A stretch of 32,000 bases of DNA, taken from contig NC_017080.1 in NCBI RefSeq assembly GCF_000284115.1, positions 540,001 to 572,000 of the forward strand. Reading direction: 5' to 3'. Source of the DNA: Phycisphaera mikurensis NBRC 102666 (GTDB taxonomy: Bacteria; Planctomycetota; Phycisphaerae; Phycisphaerales; Phycisphaeraceae). Position numbers and translations under genes: made by a program. A model generated the notes under the pieces. That model saw only the letters and a list, made by a program, of their open reading frames with translations, was not told where the DNA came from and searched no databases. Position 1 is the stretch's first letter; each line of letters opens with the position of its first letter. This document shows positions 1 to 8,494 of the stretch, piece by piece.

Positions 1-545
1 GAGAAGTCGCGGATCGCGTCGCAGGTCAGCCCCGCCCCCCAGGCGATCCGCGTGTCCTCCACGCCGCTGGTCCGGTCGACCTCGCCGAACCAGCCGTTGG
101 TCCGCTCGCGCGGCGGCAGCCCTCGCTGCGCCCGCCACGCGTCGTAATCGTCCTCCTCCCAGGCGTACCGCTCGACGCCGTACCCGGTGGGGTCCCCCGG
201 CACCTCGCCGTGGAACTTGCCGAAGTGCGCCATCCTGTAGCCGGCGCTACCGAGACGCTGCCACAGGATCGGCTCGCCCGTCTCCGCGGGCCGGTACCCG
301 TCGAAGGGCGGGATGTTCTGGCAGCGGTGCTGGCTGGGCCACCGGCCGGTCAAGAGCGACGCACGCGCCGGGCTGCAGATCGGAGAGGGCGTGAAGGCGT
401 TGACGAAGTCGGCGCCCTGCGCCGCCAGCCGGTCGAGGTTGGGCGTCCGGATCCGCGGCCCGTTCCCGCTCGCGTGGATCCCAAGGCAGTCGAAGCGGTG
501 TTGGTCCGAATGGATGAGCAGGAGATTGGGGCGGGAGTTCGCCAT
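1..545 (-). CDS. Sulfatase family protein (5' part only; gene runs off the left window edge)
   Basis: Minus-strand ATG at 545 reads MANSRPNLLLIHSDQHRFDCLGIHASGNGPRIRTPNLDRLAAQGADFVNAFTPSPICSPARASLLTGRWPSQHRCQNIPPF..., with the sulfatase N-terminal metal-binding D and the C-x-P-x-R formylglycine motif (CSPAR). Open to position 1. Not in the supplied ORF track because it is partial. Confidence 0.93.
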   Translation of the reverse strand, partial: MANSRPNLLLIHSDQHRFDCLGIHASGNGPRIRTPNLDRLAAQGADFVNAFTPSPICSPARASLLTGRWPSQHRCQNIPPFDGYRPAETGEPILWQRLGSAGYRMAHFGKFHGEVPGDPTGYGVERYAWEEDDYDAWRAQRGLPPRERTNGWFGEVDRTSGVEDTRIAWGAGLTCDAIRDF

Positions 546-564
546 GGCGGGGAAGCTAAGCGAA

Positions 565-636
565 GAGGCGGGGAGGCGGGGAGGCGGAGAGGCGGGGAGA
601 CGAAGAGACGAAGAGACGGAGAGACGAAGAGACGGA
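565..636. repeat. Polypurine tandem array, 8-bp period, 9 units (consensus GARRCGRR)
   Basis: Read directly: gaggcggg gaggcggg gaggcgga gaggcggg gagacgaa gagacgaa gagacgga gagacgaa gagacgga. Confidence 0.9.
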
Positions 637-704
637 GACAGGCAGACGCGGCGGCTACGCCGACCGCTTCTCTCTCTGATTCGCTGTCTTCGTCTCTTCG
701 TCTC
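597..704. repeat. Inverted repeat with 18-bp perfect arms
   Basis: 597-614 gagacgaagagacgaaga is the exact reverse complement of 687-704 tcttcgtctcttcgtctc. Confidence 0.85.
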
Positions 705-845
705 TCACCCAACTCCGCCACCACCCGCGGCATCTTCCGTCGCGAGCCGTGCAGCCGCGGGCGGCACGCGTCCGCCGCTGCGTCGCTTCGTCTCTCGCGA
801 TGCAGACTCCGCCCCCGCTTGGACTGCCACAACGCCAGCGCCCCG

Positions 846-1694
846 CTACACCGGGCGATTCTCTCGATACTCGCTCGGCGTCGTGTGCGTGTACCGCCGG
901 AACGCCCGCGTGAACGTCGCGTGCGAGGTGAAGCCCAGGTCGAGCATGATGTTCTTGATCGGGAGGTCGGTCCCGCGCAAGCGGGCGCAGGCCTTCTGGA
1001 TCCTCAGCTCCGAGAGGTAGCGACGCGGCGCGACGCCGTAGCGCTGGGTGAAGGCGCGAGACAGGTGCTCCCGCGAGACGCCGCAGCGGTCCGCCAGCTC
1101 GGCGACGTTCCAGTCCCGCTCCGGCCGCTCGGCCATCAGCGTCTCGGCGTCGCGGGCGAGCTGCCGGGTCTGCGGCGCCTTGATGCCGCTCTCCGCGGCC
1201 GCCAGCACCAACGCCAGCACCTCGGTCACGAGCAGCACGCCCTCGGAGCCGGGCATCGTCACCTGGTGCGTGCGCTCGCGGGTCAGCGCGATCAGCCGGC
1301 GGATCGTGGCGCTCTGCGGGTCCACGCGGTACGGGCCCGGGAATGCCGCCCGGAGGTCTTCGACCATCTCGCGGGCCCGGGCGCCGCCGAAGATGAAGCC
1401 GAGGTAGTCGAACGGCAGCGGGCTCCCGGCCTCGCCGGCCCCGAACCAGTCGTCGTCGTCGTTGACCTCGTGGAAGAGAGCGCCGCCCACCGGCAGCGTC
1501 GACTCCTTCCCGGCGACGCGCCCGCGGCCGCCCTGGGAGAGGGCGACGCTGAGCACGAGCTTGTCGGGCATCCGCGACTGCTTCACCCGGTCCGTCCGGT
1601 AGCGCCCGGTGGGGTCGCGTCCCCGGCCCAGGAAGTGGGGGAAGGGAAGCCCCTCCACGCGTCCAGGGACGCGAAACCAGAGGTAATCCGCCAT
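846..1694 (-). CDS. AraC family transcriptional regulator
   Basis: From MADYLWFRV...; C-terminal double HTH with NVAELADRCGVSREHLSRAFTQRYGVAPRRYLSELRIQKACARLRGTDLPIKNIMLDLGFTSHATFTRAFRRYTHTTPSEYR. The supplied ORF is N-terminally extended to 1955; start 1694 is preferred but not proven. Confidence 0.9.
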   Translation of the reverse strand: MADYLWFRVPGRVEGLPFPHFLGRGRDPTGRYRTDRVKQSRMPDKLVLSVALSQGGRGRVAGKESTLPVGGALFHEVNDDDDWFGAGEAGSPLPFDYLGFIFGGARAREMVEDLRAAFPGPYRVDPQSATIRRLIALTRERTHQVTMPGSEGVLLVTEVLALVLAAAESGIKAPQTRQLARDAETLMAERPERDWNVAELADRCGVSREHLSRAFTQRYGVAPRRYLSELRIQKACARLRGTDLPIKNIMLDLGFTSHATFTRAFRRYTHTTPSEYRENRPV

Positions 1695-1745
1695 GCGGCG
1701 GGGCGGTGGAACGTGGGTTTCGAGCATCACACGGCGCAAGTTGAT

Positions 1746-1767
1746 CTCACAGGGCCAACCTTGTGAG
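1746..1767. promoter_or_regulatory. Candidate regulator-binding inverted repeat in divergent promoter region
   Basis: CTCACA-N10-TGTGAG between the minus-strand AraC gene (start 1694) and the plus-strand pseudopilin gene (start 1979). Confidence 0.35.
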
Positions 1768-1978
1768 CGGGGAACGTGTGGGATAGGTTGGATGAGTCGC
1801 GATTGCAAGCCGACGAGCCGGCACTCTTCGGCCTCGCCGGGGCTTCCCCCGGATCCGACCATCGGCATCACGCCACGCAACCCATCGCTCTCGGGGCTTC
1901 CCCGATCGTCACCCTTCTCCTCCCGCATCCCGCTCTGGCGTCCGCACGGCGTCACCCGCTTCGTCCAGGAGCCTCCCC

Positions 1979-2833
1979 ATGACCCGCACGCACCCGAACC
2001 GCCGGGGTTTCACGCTCATCGAACTCCTCGTGGTGATCTCCATCATCGCGCTGCTGATCGGCATCCTGCTGCCGGCGCTGGGGGCGGCGCGGGCGAGCGC
2101 CCGCGACATGAAGTGCCTCGCGAACCAGCGGCAGCTGGCGCTCGCCGGCAATGCGTACTTCGCGGACTACAACGGCGAGTCCTTCTCGCACTGGCCGATG
2201 GACGTCTTCTTCCGCGGCGACTACATCGACGTCGAGGAGAACAACCAGATCCAGGTCTGCCCCTCGACCGAGAACCCCACCGACCGCACCGGCGCCCTGG
2301 GCGCCGGAGCGCCCGCCGGCCCGGTGGGCGCCCCGTACTGGTACGGATCGACGGGCGTGGCCTACCTCTCGGGCCCCCGGACGTCGATCAGCCGCTTCCC
2401 CTCCAAGGGCAGCTACTTCTACAACGGCTGGATCTCCACCGATCCCTACGCCCGCGTGACGGTGGCCGGTGCCGGCCCGGACCGAACAGAGCGTCTGAAG
2501 CGGAACTTCCGCAAGGCGGACTCGATCCAGACCCCCTCGACCACGCCCTTCTCCGCGGACGGCGTCTGGACGCTGACCGCGCCCAGCGTCGAGTTCAGCG
2601 GCGGCCATCCTTCCAGCTTCGCGCCCGAAGCCCCGGAGAACACCGCCGGCGGTTCCCGTGCCTACGGCTACCACGAGATGGTGATGCGTCGCCACGGCTC
2701 GGGCTCCAACCAGTTCTCCTTCGTGGATGGCAGCGCCGGCCTGTTCCCCTGGGCGGACATGTACGCCTTCACCTGGTACCGCGACTACGACCCGCAGAAC
2801 AACCTCCCGCCGGCGAACCTGCCGAACCAGTGA
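1979..2833 (+). CDS. Prepilin-type N-terminal cleavage/methylation domain protein (pseudopilin-like)
   Basis: [54 protein letters not shown]: class III signal and TM helix. Globular domain ends with an H-x(n)-DG-like segment ([15 protein letters not shown]). Confidence 0.92.
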   Translation: MTRTHPNRRGFTLIELLVVISIIALLIGILLPALGAARASARDMKCLANQRQLALAGNAYFADYNGESFSHWPMDVFFRGDYIDVEENNQIQVCPSTENPTDRTGALGAGAPAGPVGAPYWYGSTGVAYLSGPRTSISRFPSKGSYFYNGWISTDPYARVTVAGAGPDRTERLKRNFRKADSIQTPSTTPFSADGVWTLTAPSVEFSGGHPSSFAPEAPENTAGGSRAYGYHEMVMRRHGSGSNQFSFVDGSAGLFPWADMYAFTWYRDYDPQNNLPPANLPNQ

Positions 2834-2921
2834 GCCGCCCGCCGTCCGCGACCCCGGAAGGGGTTGCCGCCGCTTCTGTCCCGCGTCCCGCGGCCGATCC
2901 TTTCCCCCGGAGAACCCCATC

Positions 2922-3827
2922 ATGCGATCCCTTCCCTCCCTCGCCCTTCTCGCCACCGGTGCCTTCGTCTCCGCCTTCGCCGCCCAGTCCGTCCGGGCCC
3001 AGACGGTCCTCTACTCCGATTCCTTCGACAGCCGCCTCACCGGCAGCGGCGTCGCCAACGGCAACCCCGCCGGCGACGGCAACGGGTCGTCGGACTGGGG
3101 CACCGCGGACAACGCCCTGGGTGGCTCCGCCGTGGTCGCCTGGTCCGCCGGGCGGAACGGCGGCCCGACCGGAGGCGCCCAGTTCACCACCAACGCGGGC
3201 GCGACGGTCACCCCCGGCCCGGCCCCGCTCGTCGGCACCATGTTCAACGGGGCGGTGAACACCGACACCAGCGTGACCGCGGACGCCGCCCTCGGGTTGA
3301 ACATCGCGTTCGACTTCAGCCGCGACGGCTCGGCTCCGATCGACGGCGTGGACGCACCCGGCAACGGCTTCCTCTCGGTCGGCACCGGGTACGACGAGAC
3401 CGTCAACGCGTTCAGCCCCTTCGAGACCACCGGCAACTCCGACTTCGCGGTGCTGTTTCAGCAGGCCGCCAACGGCAACACCGGCAACGCCGAGATCTTC
3501 TCGGACGGAACGTCTCTGGGCACCTTCGACTACGGCGACCCGCTGGCCACGCACAGCGTCGAGCTCGACTTCGTGCCGGTCGTCGCCGGTGCCTACGGAG
3601 CTGCGGACGCCATCGCGTACGCGGTGATCGTCGACGGCAACGCGCTCGCTTCCGGCACGATCACCGGCGGCGCCGAGTTCGGCGACCTCGCCTTCGCGAC
3701 GAACCTGTTCAGCGCCGCGAACATCGACAACCTGGTGGTGAGCGGCACGCCGATCCCCGAGCCCGCCACCGCGGCCCTCCTGGCCCTGGGCGGGGCGGCT
3801 CTCCTCGGCCGCCGACGCCGCGGCTGA
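2922..3827 (+). CDS. PEP-CTERM sorting domain-containing secreted protein
   Basis: N-terminal signal peptide (MRSLPSLALLATGAFVSAFAAQSVRAQ) and C-terminus IPEPATAALLALGGAALLGRRRRG. Confidence 0.88.
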   Translation: MRSLPSLALLATGAFVSAFAAQSVRAQTVLYSDSFDSRLTGSGVANGNPAGDGNGSSDWGTADNALGGSAVVAWSAGRNGGPTGGAQFTTNAGATVTPGPAPLVGTMFNGAVNTDTSVTADAALGLNIAFDFSRDGSAPIDGVDAPGNGFLSVGTGYDETVNAFSPFETTGNSDFAVLFQQAANGNTGNAEIFSDGTSLGTFDYGDPLATHSVELDFVPVVAGAYGAADAIAYAVIVDGNALASGTITGGAEFGDLAFATNLFSAANIDNLVVSGTPIPEPATAALLALGGAALLGRRRRG

Positions 3828-3845
3828 GCGGCCCGCTCTTCCCGT

Positions 3846-3871
3846 CCCGCCGCCGCCACCGCGGCGGCGGG
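3846..3871 (+). terminator. Strong GC hairpin after the PEP-CTERM gene (possible terminator or attenuator, no T-tract)
   Basis: cccgccgccgc-cacc-gcggcggcggg: 11-bp perfect stem, 4-nt loop. Confidence 0.45.
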
Positions 3872-3910
3872 GCGTTCCCGGGGCTCCTCTCCCGCACCTC
3901 CGAGACATCC

Positions 3911-6900
3911 ATGCCGGACCCGTTCCGCTCCCTCGCCGCGACGCTCGTGGCGGGCCTGCTCGCCCTCCAGCTCCCTCCGGCGCTCGCCCAGTCCACGCCC
4001 GAGCCCGAGCCCGACGCCGCGCCCACCGAGGGCGCCGGCAACTACATCGAGGGCGATCCCAAGGCGGCCCTGGAGAAGGACCGCCCCCAACCCACAGGCG
4101 TCGTCAGCGTCGGCGCCGCCGAGGGCGGCTCCGCCAGCGGCGTGCTCTCGATTCTCCCGCCGATCCGGCTCACGCCGCGGAAACTGTCCTTTCCCCACGG
4201 CGAGGACCGCCGCGTCGACCTCAACGGCACCTGGGACTTCGTCCCCGCCGTGCCCGAGGGCTTCGACGGGACCTTCCGCTCCATCGACGACTGGCAAACC
4301 CTGGAGGTTCCCGGCCACCCCGCGCTCGGGGGTCACGAGGTGCTCGATCCCAAGAGCGACCGCCGCTTCGGCTACCACCGCCGCTTCGAGGTGCCCGCCT
4401 CCTTCGAGGGCGGCCGGACGGTCCTCCGCTTCGAGGGCGTCGACGGCTTCACGAAGATCTGGATCAACGGCGAGAAGGTCGGGGAGAACGACATCGCCAC
4501 GCTGCCCACCGAGCTGGACGTCACCGACTTCGTGAAGCCCGGCGAGGCCAACGAGCTGGTGCTGACCATCGAGGGCAGCCTGGTCACCTTCTGGTCCATG
4601 CGCAAGATCGGCGGCATCACCCGCGAGGTCTACCTGCAGCACCTCCCCGACGTGAACCTCGCCCGGCTGCACGTCGACACCGACCTCACCCCGGGTTCTT
4701 CGGAGGGCGGGAACGGGGGCGTGCTCGCCGCGATGCGGGCGCACGTCCGCGTGGCGAACCAGGGCGACGCGCTCGCCTCGCCGGTGACGATCGCCTTCAC
4801 CCTCCGCGACGCCGACGGCGAGGAGGTCGCCCTGCAACACCTCGAGGGCCCGCTCCCGCTGCTGGACGTCCTGCCCGGGCAGACCCTCGAAGCGACGCTC
4901 CCGCTGCACGCGACCGGCGTGCTCCCCTGGACCGCCGAGACGCCGAATCTCTACACGCTCGAGGCCGAGCTGCAGGTGGACGGCGAGCCAACGATGTCCG
5001 CCCGCCAGCGCTTCGGCTTCCGCGAGGTGGAGGTCGCGGGCCCGCACCTGCTCGTCAACGGGAGCCCGGTGAAGCTCTGGGCGACCAACTACCACATCAC
5101 CTACCCGGGACTCTCCGAGTCCGTTCCGAAGGAGCTGATCAAAAACGACATCCGCCTCTTCAAGGAGGCCAACTTCAACGCGGCCCGGTCGCGGCCCACG
5201 CCGCCGATCCAGTACGTCGACCTGTGCGACGAGATGGGCTTCTACACCACGATCGAGGGCATGATCAGCCTGATGATCTACGCGAAGGGCCCGCTGAACG
5301 ACCACGGGGCCGACCCGGCGATCTCGGTTCCGTACCGCCGGCACATCGCCACGATGATCGAGAGCTACTACTCCAACCCCTCGGTCATCACCTGGGGCCT
5401 CGCCAACGAGTCGCCCTACTACGACTACTTCAAGGTGGCGGCGCTGGGCGCCGCGGCGGCGGACCCCACCCGCCCGCTGTTCTTCGGCTCCGACGCGCGC
5501 AAGGGCGTCGACATCCCGCTGATGGACATGAACGACGACCACTACCCGCGCAAGGCCTACGGCGAGGGCCAGCCCAGCTACGGCATCGCCGACGTGGACG
5601 AGCTGAACACGATCGAGAACGGCGCCTGGGACTACCCCGCCGACCGGCCCAACCTGTTCACCGAGTGGCTGCACGTGCACGTGAACAACGTGAAGGAGAT
5701 CGCCTACGACCCGGGCATCGACGACTTCTGGGGCTACCCCGCCGAGGTCCACGCCAAGCACTTCGACGACAAGCCCCACTTCGCCGGCGGCTTCCAGTTC
5801 AAGGGCGCTCCCTACCGTGGCATCGGCGCGAGCCCGAACTGGCGGGGCGTCTTCGACGAGGACCGCCGGGTCAACGACGTCTTCTGGGCGGTCAAGAAGA
5901 GCCACTCCCCGGTGCGGATCTTCGAGCCGGCCTCCGGTCGGGTGGAGGGGGACGAGGCGGTGTGGCCGGTGCGGAACCGCTTCGCCTTCACGAACCTGCA
6001 GGACGTCGCGTTCGCGTGGGCTTCGCCCGGCGGCAGCGGCGAGGCCTCGCCCTCGGTGGCACCGATGAGCGACGGCGAGCTGGCGCTGCCGGCGGCGGCG
6101 GCCCGCGCCGGGCCGATCGAGGTGGAGGTCCTCGCCGCGGACGGCGCCGTCCTGGACGCGTACGAGCTGACGCTCGCGGATGCCGCCGAGGAGGAGGGCG
6201 TCGCGGGGGAGGCATCCGCTTGGAGACTCGAAGAAAAGGGCCGCGCCCGCGTCCTCACCCGCGGCGACGTGGTCGCGACGATCGGGGCGGAGTCAGGCCT
6301 GCTCGAGTCCGTGACCGTCGGCGGCGAGCCGGTCGTCATCGGCCCGGTCACGCTCAGCGTGATCCCCTCGCAGCTGCGGAACTTCAAGTGGCAGGGCAGG
6401 TTCACCCTGGTGAATCAGGCCTGGGGCTGGGAGGCCGGCCGCGTGGAGGTGGACACCGCCGACGACGGCACCGTCACCGTCTCCACCTCCGGGTCCTACA
6501 CCCGCTTCGACGTCAACTTCACGCAGGCCTTCGCGCCCGATGGCACCGTCCGCGTCGAGGCCGACGCCACGTACACCGGCGGCGACAACCCCGGCGAGAA
6601 GCGGGGTGTCAACATCTTCAACCACGGCATCCGCGTTCCCGTCCACCAGGACCTCGACACGCTGTTCTGGGAACGCGAGGGCCTCTGGAGCGTGTACCCC
6701 GGCGACCACATCGGCCGGCTGGAGGGCGAGACCCGCGCCACCGGCGACCCGCGGTGGGCGGACGCCCGGGAGGCTTACGACCCCGAGGCCGCCAAGCCCA
6801 ACCCGCGGCCGTGGCCGTGGAGCCAGGACCTCAGCGCCGGGGTGACGCGGGACTTCCGCAGCACGAAGTTCAACCTCGTGGAGGGCGGACTCGCAGCCGC

Positions 6901-7180
6901 GAACGGCCGGCGGATCGTCGTGATCGGGAACCGGGCGGAAGCCTTCGAGGATCGCCGCCACCTGCACGCCGCGCCGCTCAACGACGACCTCGACGGCAAC
7001 ATCTTCACGGAAGAGAAGCACGGGCCCCAGAAGCCGGGTTACGACCTCTCCGTGCTCAGCTTCCACAACGGCGGCACCGAGCCGCACCTCACCAAGAGCC
7101 TCCGCTTCGGCGAGCACATCGCCAGGAACGGCTGGGAGCTGGAAGCCGACGCGGCCTTCCGCTTCGACGCCGGCGGCTGA
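3911..7180 (+). CDS. Secreted glycoside hydrolase family 2 protein (beta-galactosidase/beta-glucuronidase-like)
   Basis: Signal peptide MPDPFRSLAATLVAGLLALQLPPALAQ. GH2 order: sugar-binding (DLNGTWDFVP...), Ig-like, TIM barrel with NYHITYPG...LFKEANFNAARS...CDEMGFYTTIEG and acid/base region TWGLANESPYY. Confidence 0.9.
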   Translation: MPDPFRSLAATLVAGLLALQLPPALAQSTPEPEPDAAPTEGAGNYIEGDPKAALEKDRPQPTGVVSVGAAEGGSASGVLSILPPIRLTPRKLSFPHGEDRRVDLNGTWDFVPAVPEGFDGTFRSIDDWQTLEVPGHPALGGHEVLDPKSDRRFGYHRRFEVPASFEGGRTVLRFEGVDGFTKIWINGEKVGENDIATLPTELDVTDFVKPGEANELVLTIEGSLVTFWSMRKIGGITREVYLQHLPDVNLARLHVDTDLTPGSSEGGNGGVLAAMRAHVRVANQGDALASPVTIAFTLRDADGEEVALQHLEGPLPLLDVLPGQTLEATLPLHATGVLPWTAETPNLYTLEAELQVDGEPTMSARQRFGFREVEVAGPHLLVNGSPVKLWATNYHITYPGLSESVPKELIKNDIRLFKEANFNAARSRPTPPIQYVDLCDEMGFYTTIEGMISLMIYAKGPLNDHGADPAISVPYRRHIATMIESYYSNPSVITWGLANESPYYDYFKVAALGAAAADPTRPLFFGSDARKGVDIPLMDMNDDHYPRKAYGEGQPSYGIADVDELNTIENGAWDYPADRPNLFTEWLHVHVNNVKEIAYDPGIDDFWGYPAEVHAKHFDDKPHFAGGFQFKGAPYRGIGASPNWRGVFDEDRRVNDVFWAVKKSHSPVRIFEPASGRVEGDEAVWPVRNRFAFTNLQDVAFAWASPGGSGEASPSVAPMSDGELALPAAAARAGPIEVEVLAADGAVLDAYELTLADAAEEEGVAGEASAWRLEEKGRARVLTRGDVVATIGAESGLLESVTVGGEPVVIGPVTLSVIPSQLRNFKWQGRFTLVNQAWGWEAGRVEVDTADDGTVTVSTSGSYTRFDVNFTQAFAPDGTVRVEADATYTGGDNPGEKRGVNIFNHGIRVPVHQDLDTLFWEREGLWSVYPGDHIGRLEGETRATGDPRWADAREAYDPEAAKPNPRPWPWSQDLSAGVTRDFRSTKFNLVEGGLAAANGRRIVVIGNRAEAFEDRRHLHAAPLNDDLDGNIFTEEKHGPQKPGYDLSVLSFHNGGTEPHLTKSLRFGEHIARNGWELEADAAFRFDAGG

Positions 7181-7245
7181 GGCCTCGGCCGGTGCCACCA
7201 CCTTCAGGTTTGGACCTTGGACCCAACTCCCGAAACCGGCCGATG

Positions 7246-7497
7246 CCCGGGTGCCACGCCGCTTGCGGGGTGGCGAGCGGGGGAGGTCGTCGCGACGCGG
7301 CCACCCCCCAAGGGGCGTGGCACCCGGGGGCCCCAACCAAGCGGAGGTCTTGGGTGCCACGCCGCTTGCGGGGTGGCGAGCGGGGGAGGTCGTCGCGACG
7401 CGGCCACCCCCCAAGGGGCGTGGCACCCGGGGGCCCCAACCAAGCGGAGGTCTCGGGTGCCACGCCGCTTGCGGGGTGGCAAGCGCGGGGGGTCGTC
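7246..7497. repeat. Tandem array (103-bp period, two full copies plus one truncated) of an 83-bp near-palindromic element
   Basis: Copy 1 at 7246-7328 has 15-bp perfect terminal inverted repeats (cccgggtgccacgcc / ggcgtggcacccggg), inner arms ggggtggc / gccacccc and palindromic core cgtcgcgacg. Copy 2 at 7349-7431; truncated copy from 7452. Confidence 0.93.
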
Positions 7498-7556
7498 CCC
7501 TCTCACAGCCCGCGGGTCCCGCCGCTCCGTGTCGAGAATCCACCCGGAACCTCCCC

Positions 7557-8465
7557 ATGCCGACGATCCAGAACCACTCCGCCCGCCGCGACGTCCACGG
7601 CGAGGTCATCGACTGCCACGACGGCTGCCTCCGCTTCTTCGGCGGGAGCTACTTCCTCTACGGCACCGCCTACGGCGACAGCGACGGCTTCACGCCGGCG
7701 AACCGGTACGTCGTGTACGCCTCGCCGAACCTGAAGGACTGGATCCCACGCGGGGACCTGCTCGCCGCCCCGCTGCCGGGCGTCTCCTACCGGCCGTACG
7801 TGGTGCGGCGGCCGTGCGACGGCAGGTACGTGCTCTGGTTCAACTGGTATCCGGAGCTCTGGGAGGGCCGGTTCGGCGTCGCGGTCTCCGACACGCCGGA
7901 GGGTCCTTTCGAGGTCGTCGACGAGGCGGTGGAGGTGAGCCAGCCCGAGCCCGGCGACCACAACGTGGCGGTCGGCGCAGACGGCACCGGCTGGCTGATC
8001 TACACGTCGATCCCGGACCGGGGGCAAGGCGACCACGGGATGTCGGTGGAGCGGCTGAGCGGGGACCTGTGCTCGTCGACCGGCGAGAACTCGGGCTTCC
8101 TGGACTTCCAGGTGGAGGCCCCGAGCCTCTTCGAGCACGCCGGCTCGTGGTGGGCGCTCTTCGGGAACACCTGCTGCTTCTGCCCGGAGGGCGCCGGGGC
8201 CCGGCTGTACCGGGCGCAGCACCCGCTGGGGCCCTGGGCTTTCGTGAGAGACATCAACCGCGACGACGACGGCGGCGTCATCGTTGCGGGTCAGCAGACC
8301 GACGTCGCCCCGCTGCCCGGCGGCGTGCTGCTGTTCATGGCCGACCGGTGGGGCTCCCGCGGCGACGGGGTCAAGGGCCACGACCTCCAGCACTGGGAGC
8401 CGCTCGCGCTCGACGACCGCGGCGTGCCGCGCCGCCTCCAAAACTTGCCGGAAGCCTCTTGGTGA
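7557..8465 (+). CDS. Glycoside hydrolase family 43-like (five-bladed beta-propeller) protein
   Basis: MPTIQNHSARRDVHGEVIDCHDGCLRFFGGSYFLYGTAYGD...YVVYASPNLKDWIPRGDLL...VVRRPCDGRYVLWFNWYP...GVAVSDTPEGPFEVVDEAVE: GH43-type blade pattern. No N-terminal signal obvious. Confidence 0.75.
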   Translation: MPTIQNHSARRDVHGEVIDCHDGCLRFFGGSYFLYGTAYGDSDGFTPANRYVVYASPNLKDWIPRGDLLAAPLPGVSYRPYVVRRPCDGRYVLWFNWYPELWEGRFGVAVSDTPEGPFEVVDEAVEVSQPEPGDHNVAVGADGTGWLIYTSIPDRGQGDHGMSVERLSGDLCSSTGENSGFLDFQVEAPSLFEHAGSWWALFGNTCCFCPEGAGARLYRAQHPLGPWAFVRDINRDDDGGVIVAGQQTDVAPLPGGVLLFMADRWGSRGDGVKGHDLQHWEPLALDDRGVPRRLQNLPEASW

Positions 8466-8494
8466 CCACCGCCCGCTCCGACGCGGAGACCTCC

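Noticed and set aside
210-1766. 518-aa plus-strand ORF with RRRDGETKRRRDG repeats
   Set aside because: Antisense to the sulfatase and AraC genes; its repeats are just the 8-bp DNA array translated. GC-rich genomes keep such frames open by chance.
2864-7180. 1438-aa ORF read as one giant protein
   Set aside because: The first part is the PEP-CTERM gene in the wrong frame (Arg/Pro-rich). The real GH2 protein starts at 3911 with a signal peptide.
7246-7497. Possible CRISPR array
   Set aside because: Only 2.5 copies, an 83-bp palindromic unit with an essentially constant 20-bp interval, and no cas genes. It does not fit repeat-spacer architecture.
6293-7609. 438-aa minus-strand ORF containing repeated GWGPRVPRPLGGGRVATTSPARHPASGV peptides
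   Set aside because: The peptide repeat is the translated 103-bp palindromic DNA array plus sequence antisense to GH2; no protein family features.
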